From contig NIVC01004755.1 in assembly GCA_002269645.1 (NCBI GenBank), forward strand, positions 1 through 36,063: 36,063 bases of DNA. The letters run 5' to 3'. Numbering within the stretch: position 1 is the first letter of the stretch; every line of letters starts with the position of its first letter. The translations under genes were made by a program, and so were the position numbers. The DNA is from Macrostomum lignano (Eukaryota). The notes beneath the pieces are model-generated. The model saw only the letters and a list, made by a program, of their open reading frames with translations, was not told the origin of the DNA and made no database searches. Positions 1 to 11,849 of this stretch are shown here, piece after piece.

Positions 1-1126
1 CAGTAGGTGTAAATATCGGTGCATAATGCATATTACGATGCATATAGGTGTACAGACATATAGAATTAAGTATATGGGCAGCAAAAAACACACAATATAG
101 ATGCATTTTATCGATATATTGACAGAAAAGTGGTGAAATAGACAAAATCGTAATACAAAGCGGGTACATATCGCTTTATTAGTGGAGTAGGCGCTTGCAG
201 ATGCTAGTATAATGTAAAACATAGGTTGAAATACACATACACAGAGTAGATACAAGTATAATGCAGGTGCATATGCACACACTGTAGATTCAATTATGTA
301 GGTGTATAGGCTAAAATACACACATCGTAGAGGCAGAAGCAAGCATAATGCAGGAAAATTATGATACATATTAGTGCATAAAAGTATCATATTATGACAC
401 ACTGTAGCACATATTGACATAATGCAGGGGAAAATATTGACAGAAATAATGCACAATTGTAGAGGTAACAACCCGCCAACTAGTAAGGGCATCCAACACT
501 TGTTCAGGTTTTTATTATTTCGAGACGAGTGTCACGCCCTCGCAAGAGATCTTATCAGACATTTGTTGAACCCCACTGCAACTCCCCAGAGCCTCCAAAT
601 GCGAGTTTTTAACCCAGGGTCGAGTACAAAGGGCCCGCCCACTCTTAACCCCAAGGGGAGATCCCTAGCGGAGACCAAGTACAGTGCGGATGGAGAGGGT
701 AACAGAAAGCGCTGCATCAGACCGCGGAGCTGCATTCCTCCCTGAGGTAGGCGCGTCAGCTCCCACTCCTCATTTAACCATCAAGTAAACTAAATAAGTC
801 AAGCAGAAAGCCCCTACATTCACCCACAACCAGCACAAGTAAGAGTACTTTCCACTAGAGAGCCATAGTGCAAGATTCGCGAGCCAAGTTGAAGCACACC
901 CAATTACACTAAAGACATATGTATTAAAAAGCAGGCCTGCACCTCTACAAAAACACAGTATGTACCAACAAAATTTGCTTTTGTGCAGCGTATTTAATAA
1001 AAAGCAGGTATCTTAGCACAAAAGTAGGCATCAATGCGGTGCACGGGCTAAACTGTATAAACTGTATTTACAAACGCAGGTCAACAAACTACACACAATG
1101 TAGCGCATAGACATAATTGTACGCAT

Positions 1127-1482
1127 AAATGTACACAATTTCCTGTATATAGGACCACATGTACGCAAATTTACGCAAATGTACACACACACACACACAC
1201 ACACACACATGCACGCACACGCGTATTCACAGCAAGAGCTCCCTGCCGATGGCGCCATCGCCTGCGGCGATCGGCGCTGCAGGATGCGCTGCAGGATACG
1301 CGTGTGCGTGCATGTGTGTGTGTGTGTACATTTGCGTAAATAAAATAAATAATAAATAAATAAATAAAATAAATAAAATACAGTGTAAATAATAAATAAT
1401 AAATAAAATACAGTGTGTGCATATGCACAAATGTACACAATTTCCTGTATATAGGACCACATGTACGCAAATTTACGCAAAT

Positions 1483-1539
<57 letters not shown>

Positions 1540-1592
1540 CACGCACACGCGTATCCTGCAGCGCATCCTGCAGCGCCGATCGCCGCAGGCGA
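1127..1592. repeat. Direct-inverted-direct triplication of a (CA)n-containing segment
   Basis: 1127-1225 is repeated at 1429-1555. 1258-1341 is the reverse complement of ~1469-1592 except for (CA)n length. Confidence 0.85.
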
Positions 1593-1748
1593 AGCCCAAC
1601 CGTGTAGTGGCCTAGTATGGGCGCGACCTGAGTTCGATTTCGCTAGTTGAGATGCGGGTGAGAGAGGGGAAGAGGCTAGGTGGGGGGGGGCAGGGTGTGA
1701 GGTATAGGGGGTCTGCGGGGTACGTATCGTTGACTACATATCGGGACA

Positions 1749-2013
1749 GTGTACACCTGTATTGGGAGAGTGTACACCTGTATTGGGAGAGTGTACACCT
1801 GTATTGGGAGAGTGTACACCCGTACTGGGAGAGTGTACCTTTGGCTCGGGAGAGTGTACACTCGGGGCGCCTGCGGCATGGGCGTCTGCGGCATGGGGCG
1901 CCTGCGGCATGGGCGCCTGCTGCTCTGGAGGGTGGGCATACATATCGGGAGGGTGTACATATCGGGGTACATATCGGTAGGGTGGGCATACATATCGGGG
2001 TACATATCGGTAG
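1749..2013. repeat. Cluster of short tandem repeats: 21-bp GTGTACACCTGTATTGGGAGA (~5x), 15-bp GGCGCCTGCGGCATG (~3x), and CATATCGG-containing units
   Basis: Units read directly from the sequence. Confidence 0.85.
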
Positions 2014-2199
2014 GGTGCGCCTGTGGCTGGTCGGCGCTTGGCGCCGCGCGCCTGGATGGCGCTTGGCGCCACGCGCCTGCGGCGCGCGCGCGCCAGCCAA
2101 TGAGAGGCGAGGAGGGTTGACACCCACCCCACCTCCAAAAAGGGGCGGATTTTGCAGTCCATAGTAGTTAAAAGTGGCTACCACATTTCAGTATTTTAA

Positions 2200-4391
2200 A
2201 GCTCCATGGACCGCCTTCCTGAGAGAGGCGGTTAAATTCCCGGTTTCCTGCGTAGACCTTGCAGCCTTTTCAGGCATGAATCACGCTTGGATATGTCCCA
2301 TATGCTTGGACCGAGGCAAATGAGATTTTCACCCCCTAAGCCAGGCTGCCCGGACTATCATTCCATCACATCCATCAGACCGATCAGCCTTACCTCCTCC
2401 CTGGTCAAGCTGATGGAGAGACTGGTGCTCTGACGCCTTCTCTCTGTGGAGCTGAAGAACAAGCCTCTTAGCGAAAACCAGCATGCTTTTCGGGCGGATC
2501 GTTCAACCAAAAGCGCACTGCACGCCCTGGGCGATAAACTGGAGAAGGCCCGTGCCTGCCGGCAACGGCTTTGCTCTGCATGGGAACCTTCCTGGACATC
2601 GATGGCGCCTTCGATAATGTTCTCTTTGAGGCGTTCCGCAGAGCCCTCTGAGAGAGGTAAACGCACTCGCATCTATCTCACTAGGTGGATCATGTACTAC
2701 CTAGTACTACCAGTACTACCTGGTAGTACAAACTGGTACATGTACTACCAGTTTGCTGGGCCAACGAAGGATGGTCCCCGTCTGAAAAGGTAGCCCGCAG
2801 GGTGGGGTGCTGTCTCCAGTTCTCTGGAATATGTTCATCGATGAGCTCCTTCGGGATGCTCGGCCTGACCCCATTCTGAAAGTAGGTTACGCGGACGATG
2901 TCACTGCCGTGGCGTCTGGACCGTCTCGATACCCACAGGGACCTACATCAGAATTTCATCTACGCCGCGGAGCAATGGGCGGATCGCTGTAGTCTAAAGC
3001 TCTCTGTGACTAAGATGGCAGTGATCAAATTCACCAGCAGGACTAAGTGGCAGATTTGGCCGCTTACGCTTTACGGAGAGGAAATATCCTTCTGCAAACA
3101 GACTAAATGTCTAGGGATTAGCCTGGATCACTGGCTGAATTGGTCACGGCCCACGTTCAGGCAAAAGCCAAGATGGCCATCGCAATCCTTGCGCAGCTGC
3201 GCAGGGCCGTCGGCACCACCTGGGGCTCACCCCAAGCACCTCTGGTGGATCTACACTACACGAGGCCTGCGTTCTCGTACGGCATCCTGATCTGGGCTAG
3301 CGCCCTGCAGATGAAGACCTGCCTAGAGACTCTCAGGAGAACGCAAGGGCGCGCATTTTGATAGCCTCAACGCCTTCCTCAAAATCCCCCCACTGGACAT
3401 CTTTGTCCTCAGGGATGCCACCAAGACTACCCGCCGTTTGATTGACTTCAAATTGCATTCGTTTCCTGCCCCATAGGGCCATGGCTAAGCGCAACTCCTG
3501 CCTCTGCCGACCTCTGCCTCAAAGACTTGAGAAACTGCGGCGGGTTCCGCGTCTTATCTGAAAGTGAACCCCGCACTCCCAACCTCTTTCAGCGCTAATA
3601 GGTCACCATCCCTTGAGGGGATGCTGAAACTGAACTGACCACTGAAGCTGACCACTGAAATTTCCAGGAGGTCCATTATTACAACCAAGCGGCCTTACAG
3701 GCCCCATGCCACACCAACTACAAATTCACGGAAAATCGCTGACTGCGCCCGGCAGCTCAACCTCCTGGCCAGTAGCAGTACTGTCAGCCTGAAGTGGATC
3801 TTAGGGCACTCCAGGCCCAGTTTTTCTAGGGAACGAGTTGGCAGACACCCTCGCCAAGAGGGCGGCTCTGGCTCCTTCCTGGTTCCTTTTCCCCTTCACA
3901 GATCGATGACTGCATTGGCAATCGTCAGATTGATGACTGGGGGCTGATTCCCTTCACAGGGACAGATATGGGCGGGCACCCAGAACTGCCGGCAATCCCG
4001 CGCCACAGTTCCTTGCCTCTCGTAAGCTCAGGAACATACTTCTCAACCAAAATCCGAAGGAAAGAGTGAACTCTGCCTTTTTTGAGAATACGACAACGAA
4101 GATGCTCAGCACTTTGTTTGTCACTGCCCTCTCTTCACCAGAGACCGGCTACGCTACCTTGGGCCGATCCCATCTGTCGACGAGGTACGCCAGCCTGACT
4201 GCATCCCTCGGCTATTCCAGTTCCTCCGGGCGACAAGACGAGCCCTACGGAAGATCACGCTGCAAGACGGACTGGCGGACCACCCTGACCGGCCCCACGC
4301 CTTTGCCTGTCTGCGGGCCTTTAGGGCTAGCGGAATGGGTGACCCTCGCTTCCACGTTGTGTCTACGAACCCAACCCGCAGCTAAGTCAAG
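2200..4391 (+). mobile_element. Decayed, 5'-truncated non-LTR retrotransposon (I-group/LOA-like): RT, partial RNase H, CCHC finger, 3' UTR
   Basis: Frameshifted motifs RPISLTSS, NQHAFRADRST, FLDIDGAFDN, VLSPVLWN, GYADDV, KWILGHS, NCRQSR, QHFVCHCP. Collinear with the element at 33395-36063 and ends in the same GCAGCTAAGTCAAG. Confidence 0.92.
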
Positions 4392-6225
4392 CATATCAAG
4401 CGTGTTGATTCGGCCCCGACCCATTGACACCCCATCCCGATCGCTATAGCCTCGCAAGCGAATAATTCTTTGGCGCTGGTCGTCTTGAGGGATTCCGGCG
4501 TTTCGCCGAAATATAGATCCGATGGGATTTGGTTGAGCCTTCGCTGCATGAGCTTTCAACATGAGCTTTCAACATGAGCTGCATGAGCTTTCGAGAGTAG
4601 GGTCTGGGATTTAGGCCAGCCTTAGGAAATACGAGCGTACTTGCCTCCATTCCAGTCTTGAACTTATCACTCCCCAATTTATCATCTAACCACTGCTTAA
4701 TATTAATTCGAATAATTTGTCTAAATTTAGACGTCAGTCATAAATATTATCCGAGCGAAAGAATCCGTGCTCAATCAAACTGTATCTGGAATCGTTTTTA
4801 CTCGCGTTAATCATTTACCGTATCAATTCTCGATTTTCATCACCGGCCGCTGCAGCGATTGGAGAAAGTCTGGTACAACTAGCCGACGCCCCCCGACGAT
4901 AGGCAAATATTGCTAGCTTTAAAACCTCCGATTGCTCCAACTAGGTTTTCGAGGCTAAAGTACAAGTATTCGTTATACCGCAAACATTACACAAAGCAAA
5001 GGCGAAAACTTTAGCTTTAAACAAAACTTGCCAAAACAGCGAGTCTATATAGGGCCTACATGTAAGATGCCCAGCACTAATATATTTATCATATATGTAA
5101 ATACATAATACATACTAATCCATATACAGTATATGTAAGGAGAAAGTGGAGCACAATTCCTATACTGGGAGTACGAGCTATACGACCACCTAGATATTAC
5201 AAAAAACGTTTACGTGGTTGGTAGCGAGGACTTCGAGCTACCAATTCGTCAACGGATGCAAAGTATAGAATTAACGGGGGCTTGGCGCCTGCATGAGCGG
5301 GTCCAATTCACAATCTTATGACTCTTTTTATCTGCTTATTTATTTAAGCCTTCCCTGGGTCACGGGATTCTTTGGATTTCGATGATTTTGCGGGAGTAGT
5401 TTATGTACATCTACCATATTTCCAGTGGGCCATAGTCATAAGCAAGCATTTAAATGTTAAAAATTTCATATCTTGCGTACCATTTTAGACACCTACAGAC
5501 ATCGCAGCCTCCGACGCAAGATAGCTTCCTTGTGGATCGGCTGTGGCTGAGTGGGTGCTTACTCGATCTGGTGCTCAACTCGCCGGCGAAAGAAATGGGG
5601 TTCTGGATTCAAGCTGAAAATTGGCCTCAGCCATTTCCCATGCCATAGTCTTACTACAACTTTTAGAATTCCCTGATTTAAATTTTGCTAACAATTGCCT
5701 AAAAAAATGAGCTGATCTGACTGCGCTCTTCTGAAACGCGCAATCGACCCCAGGGAGGAGTTTCGCGTCATTATTTTCGCTTCATCCTCTTTTCAGCTCT
5801 CACGATATTGCCGATGCACTTTTACCATTTCTCGTTAACTCAAAGCGCCACCTGGCTCTTTCCCATTCCCTTTTATTTGCATCTTTTCTTTGAACATATC
5901 ACGTGACGGGCAACTAGCGCATGATTGCATCCAGGGACGCATGCATCCGGGAAACGGGAGGTCAGGAGCTGCGCGGTGGAGAATAGATGATCAGGCAAAG
6001 AAAAGACAATAAATACGAGCGTGGAGCGTCGAACTGTGGGCAAAGTTAGTTTGGTTAGTAAAACATTCACTGAGTGCCCTGAGCCCGAATCAGATCCTAG
6101 CAGCCGCTGATCGACTTAAACAGACCTGCAGTCTCTCCTGTCTGTGAGACTACAAAAAGTTCAGATTTCTGTATTGATGACCGGATCTTTAAAACGGTCT
6201 AATTTATTCGGCCAAATAAAGTTAG

Positions 6226-8481
6226 CAAATTACGCTCGTACACCTGGAAGAATGTCGGGAGCACAATCCAAGATCGGCTCCCTGGAAAATTCAAGCCACA
6301 AACCTGGCGGCGGCAAAAAGACGGTAAGGCGACTGCATGATGGGAACTGCAGCTCATTCGTTTCCGATGGTTTTACCAATACAGATATTTTAATCTGCTA
6401 GCTTTATAATTAAGGGCTAAGTTCAAGTTCAATGTATCCTTACTTAGTCATACACATATAGGCAGAGGGATTTGTGGACACGTTGAGACCATGATGGCTC
6501 CATCGCCCTGCAGCCGGTGGCGATCCTGCAAAGTCAGCTGCCTCGCTGAAAAAGGCGCTAAGCAGAAAGCGCACCTTGAGGCTGAGCATTCACCCTTGAG
6601 CAGGCCGTTCGCTGCAAAAGTAAGAAACCACCCAGCTGAGAATACAGGAGTTCCTAACTTGTATATGTACTGTACAGTAATTAAAGTAATTAATGTAGCT
6701 CGTAGTTGCCCCTGGAATCGAGGCATCAAAATCGCTGCTAACCTAGCTGATATAAGCTACTTGTAACTTAAGAACACCGACAGAGGGCAACCGTATCTTC
6801 AGGTACAAAAGTAGCCGGTTTTTATCAAAGGAATAATATTCATACACTCGACCGTATCATCCAACCCGCACAGATTTTCAGCCAGAAACCCGAATGGAAG
6901 GCTCAGTCCAAAATCGGATCGCTAGACAACTCCAATCACACTGCCGGAGGAGGGAACAAGAAGGTAACTACAATACAGATATCCTGAGTGATACATTGGC
7001 TACGCTGATTGACACACGCTGGCCATCCTGAGTGACACATATAGGCTATCCTGAGTGACACACATTGGCTATTCTTAGTGACACATGTTGGCTATCCTGA
7101 GTGACACATTGGCTATTCTTAGTGACACATGTTGGCCATCCTGAGTGACACATATTGGCTACCCTGAGTGACACACATTTCCTATCCTGAGTGACACATA
7201 TTGTGTAACAAAGTCTGTGTGGCTTGCAGAGAGGAATCTTAGAGCCGGCCAAGCCTAGCTCTCTCAATAAATACCAGTTTATTTTCCAGCCTGACTAGGC
7301 TGACCAATCAGCCGCTACCTCTGGCGTGTTCGCGCTCCAGAGTACGCACATGCGCGAGTACAATCCGAGAGAGAGAGAGAGAGAGACAGCCCCCCATCCC
7401 CCACTCTGCACAGAAAGCTAAACGCAGTCACCACATATTGGCTATCCTGAGTGACACATTGGCGCTGCGCCTCACCCCGCACAATCCGCCTCTGCCACAT
7501 TGCGTGTTGCAGATCGAAGTTCAGAAGCTGGATTGGAAAGTGACATCAAAGATTGGCTCACTGGAAAATGCATCGCACAGGCCAGGGGGTGGTGAGAAGA
7601 AGGTTTGCAACAGCTTGCATTGAGTTTTAGTATCAAACAGCGCCTTGTCTGTGCAAACGACTATCAGGAAATTCTTATAGCTTTAACCATCCAGCCGTCT
7701 TCTGCATTGCAGATCGCCAATCAGAAAGTGGAGTGGCGGGCTCAATCCAAGGTTGGGTCTTTGGAGAATGCCAGGCACAAGCCGGGTGGAGGAGAGAAGA
7801 AGGTAAATTCAAAACGCTGATTCAAAATCACCTGAATGGGAGGCAAAATGTCTGGATTTGGATAATGCACCGTAGTCCGCATACTGCGGTATATCGAACA
7901 CATCTCCTGTCTTAGACGAGTCTCTAAAGAGTTGAAAGCATCACCAGCCACCGTAGCAGCCGGGAAGTTTAGCAGACTCGGGCACACGAGGGTCAGAGGG
8001 ACGCTAAAACTGCGCAGTCAGTCACCGGGGCTTTGCTGTCATGATTATGTCGTCCGCCCTTTGCTAGACCATGTGCTGCCATACCCGGTAAGGCAGCAGA
8101 CCTGCTTAGGTGTGCACAGATTATTCTCTAGGCCAGCGCTGCTATCGAGCGGGAGGGTCTGCTATCGATAGGCTCCTTTCCTACTAGCTACACCACATGC
8201 CTACATATAGTTTGTTTAGAGAAGTACATGTGCATTAAGTTTAGCTCATATTAATAAAGCCTGACAAAGATTGAATGGGTCAATGTACGAGTATATCGAG
8301 TAAGTGAGGACTGCTGATAGTGTCTATGAATGGAAGATGTCCCAAATTATTTACTCTGCATGCATCATCATCCCATCAGATTGACAGCAGCCGGCTGGAA
8401 TGGAAGCCTTCATCTAAGACAGGCTCAGTGACCAACGCAAAGCACACACTGGCTGACGGAGGACAGGCAAAGTCCAATTAA
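6226..8481 (+). CDS. MAPT-like: Tau/MAP2/MAP4-family microtubule-binding repeat protein with 5 repeats. Exons ~6226(?)-6323, 6874-6963, 7513-7602, 7713-7802, 8380-8481 (stop TAA). 5' end uncertain; in-frame ATG at 6252.
   Basis: Repeats SKIGSLENSSHKPGGG, SKIGSLDNSNHTAGGG, SKIGSLENASHRPGGG, SKVGSLENARHKPGGG, SKTGSVTNAKHTLADGG. Exons 2-5 follow CAG acceptors, exons 1-4 end at GT donors, all phase 0. Confidence 0.9.
6979..7203. repeat. Intronic ~22-bp minisatellite (GGCTATCCTGAGTGACACATATT), with an orphan unit at ~7437-7461
   Basis: About 9-10 imperfect tandem units. Confidence 0.9.
7367..7386. repeat. (GA)n microsatellite
   Basis: Seen directly. Confidence 0.95.
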
Positions 8482-9229
8482 ACTCATTGTTGACTCCGAT
8501 TTTGGCGATTTGGCCAAGCTATACTTGCAGATTTTTCAGCGTTCCTTTTAGTGAAGTAAATTCTGTCTTTTAGTTCACATAACTATCCCTTCAAGCGTAC
8601 ATGCTGCTATGTACGCTTAGGCTGCCACTAGCATTCAACTATTTGAACGCCTCACATGAGGCGCTGGCCTCATGAGGCGCTGCTCTGGCCTGGCTTTGAA
8701 CGCCAGGCCAGAGCACCAAGATCTCGTTAACAAATGAAGCGTGTGCATGAAAAATAAAACTTACTTCACGAAAAGAAAAACGTACCGTAAATTGAGCAAT
8801 AGTACGTGTGGTTATGCGAGTATTGTTGTAGATACAGACAATATTTTTGATGTGAGATGAACTTGTACTCGAGCCATTATAATGGTAGAATATTATTTCT
8901 TTGTGGATGGTCATAGCCAGAAGCCCACTAGCTAGAGACAGGCCGCTTTGAATTATATCAAATCTAATTGGCTCGCAGCAGCCCAAATTAACATTACATT
9001 AACAATAACATTAAAATTACATGCTACTCCACTTCTATGTTTATGTAAATTTGCATGCTGTAAGAGCTTAACTGGAAAAACAGGACGTTAACTGAAATAT
9101 ACCGACAACACAACATTTTGCTGCATGTACGAGTGTAAAACCAGTTTTTCAAACTTCGACACAATTTTGACAGGGCAAAAATAAAAATATTTTCTGTTGC
9201 TTCAGAAAATTGTTGCTTTCTGTCTCGCC

Positions 9230-9980
9230 GGCAACTGTCCAGACTCGGCGAATGGCAGCGCTTTTAGATAGCACAGGATCCGTTCTTAACTTGGCTAATA
9301 AACCCGGATATGCCCAGCTGTCACAGGGACCTTCGTCCAGCAAGTCCATGACCAGCACAATCCCCGCCGGCCTCAACGCATCCTTGGGCCTGTCCAGAAG
9401 TGGCAGGCGGCTAAGAGCAACTGCACGCAGTACTGCCCGCCCTGTGCACCATGGGAGTAGCTGTAGCCATGGCCAGGATGAGCTCCCATCGCTGGATTCT
9501 GCTGGAAGCCATGGCAGGAATCGGTTTTGACTCGTGCAGCAGTCCAAAGCAGCGGCTTGTGGTCGCTGATGAGCGTGACAGCCTGCCATTCGGGTGTGTG
9601 AAACTTTTTTACGCCAAAAACGACGGCCAGCGTCTACTCTTTCTCCAACTGAGAGTACTTCGCCTCAGTCTCGTGTAGCGAGCGCGAAGCAAGGCGATCA
9701 GCCTGTCGATGCCGTTTATTCGGTGGCTGATGACGGCGCCAATGCCGTACGGTGAGGCGTCGCACTCCAGCACCAGCGGCTTTGTCCATCAAATGCGTGA
9801 GCACCGGCGCTCTGCTGAACAGCGCCTTGCACTTGCAGAAGGCAGAATCCTGTGCGAGGCCCCGACACCATTCAGCCTGTGCCGGGGCCTCGCACAGGCT
9901 AAGCAGGGGCCAACCGGCTAAGCAGGCGGGGCCAGTTTGGTGGGCAGGAATTTTTTCATAGTAGCTGCTTTCCCGCATGA
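9230..9980 (-). mobile_element. Ty3/Gypsy LTR-retrotransposon pol remnant (RT connection, RNase H and downstream linker), frameshifted
   Basis: Minus-strand peptides PLVLECDASPYGIGAVISH, IAFASRSLHETEAKYSQLEKE, DHKPL, PIPAMASSRIQRWELIL, ALSRLPL, RTDPVLSK. Confidence 0.9.
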
Positions 9981-11849
9981 TCGAGCTCTGAAGAAAGACT
10001 GATCTTTTCTTTTCGGTCGCAATATCGTTTGCAATAAAGAATATTGCTCAAGACGCTCTTGGTATTGTTGTTTCCATCTTCTCTTCGAAGGGTCCATTAA
10101 CTGAGCATGTATCTGAGCACGATCGTCGCCACTTTTGCAGCCTGTCTATAATCTGAAGTACAGAAAAAGCATGTACAGTATTGACCTGGAACCCTAAATA
10201 TAGGCCTGCTCTATTGGCGCATGCCTCTAGAAAAACTTTAGACCTAACTTAGGTTAGTTAGCTCATCCATGCAGTAGACCCTATGGTTATTTTATATGAA
10301 TGTTAACTGCATGTACCCTCAGCAGGCTGTCGCGTCGTTTAACTAAGAGTTCAACTGAGTAGCGCGATGATTTGGTAAAATAAACGATGTCTCAGTTTCG
10401 ATATATTATTCTTAAACGATGCTAACACAAACGATGCTCAATATATAATTATTAACGCATTGGGGTGGTGGGGCGCACCGGGCACGAAACCGAGGTGGTG
10501 GGTACACTGGATGTACAGTCAATATTTCAATAGTCAATCAGCTAGTCACTTAGTCATATAAGTACAGCGGCAGAATCCAGCGCTGCCTCACAGGCCATGC
10601 ACAATTGTAATATTGAAAAAAATCTATCTGGAAAGACATGACGTGGTCAAATCAAATTAATTTTAAATTGACACTCGTTTTTCATCCAGCACTGGAAAAA
10701 TAACCCCAGCGGAATGCCAAATGGGGTTATCCCGACTTACCCCACACTTAGGATAGCTCGGCCTCACAAATTTTTAACCAGCGATTGAAACAAAACGTTT
10801 ACTGTGCGTATGGCATTATTTCAATGAGATTTTACTTTTAAAAAGGAAAGTAAAAATAATTTTCAAGTAACTGAAAGTCTTTTTGCGTCGATAGCCAACG
10901 CAAGCTCAAGATATAAGTCCGTGTAGAGTTTCGAATGAAGTGAACAATAAATAATACTAACACAGAAAATTGTATGCATGCGTCACTTATACACTTTAAA
11001 CCCAAAGCAAAAATACCAAAAAAATTTACCCCTATGATTAAGCCAAAAATCAACGTCCAGTTAACTTTTCAGCTACATCCATTTGTTTATATAACCTCGG
11101 TGCCGGGGTACGAATAACGAGTGCGGCTGATTTTTCAAAAGAGAAATTTGGCCTATCATAATTTATCTCAATAATTTGTTGTTTAATTTTAGATTTTTTA
11201 CTCGTCAAGTTGTCTAACTAGCCTAGGGCTATAGGCCAATCTCTATGCCGTGATAAGTTTTAGCATATAAGTCAAAGCCCTAAGTTCAAAATGCAATTCC
11301 AATAGGCCTATAAAGTATAATATATAGCCCTCTAGTCTAAATTAACTATTTTTACAGTTCTTGACCACTAATCTTTTGTATTATTAGGCCTAATATTAGA
11401 TAAACTTGAAACTTTGACAAAAATTGTCCTTGTCTTTACTTTTTTTCAGCAGGTTAACTTTTTTGCCTCTTGACTCTTGTCAATCAATGTCAATGTCATT
11501 GTCAGGTTAGGAAGCAGTTTAATATTCTGAATTGTATCTGAAATTTTAGGAATACTATAACAGTATAAGTAAAAAATAAAAGACATTGCTATTGCAATAG
11601 AAAAATACTGAAAATATTTAATCCCTTCATATATTCTATGCCTAAGCAAGCATGACTTTCACTTTAGGTATTATTGCAAAAGCTTCTAAAAGCCTAAGCT
11701 ATTCTGGTTGTATTGTGTTATTAATTAGGCAGCTTTAGCCCATAGCTGAGAAGGTGGCAGTTTTTGGTGAATTTTCTGGCACAAATTGGCCCTTTTTTGG
11801 CACACACAGCGCACACAGGGTACAAGGAAAAATTGGAAATGCTCTGCAG

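Noticed and set aside
422-800. 107-aa ORF in a moderately GC-rich island
   Set aside because: No recognisable motif or splice structure
1031-2184. Many ORFs rich in CV/HT or repeated peptides
   Set aside because: Translations of (CA)n and short tandem repeats
7932-8087. Possible extra tau-like exon ending at a phase-0 GTAAGG
   Set aside because: Poor acceptor and no repeat similarity
9565-9605. CTGATGAG...GAAA hammerhead-ribozyme-like core
   Set aside because: No convincing stems, and it lies within the antisense strand of Gypsy coding sequence
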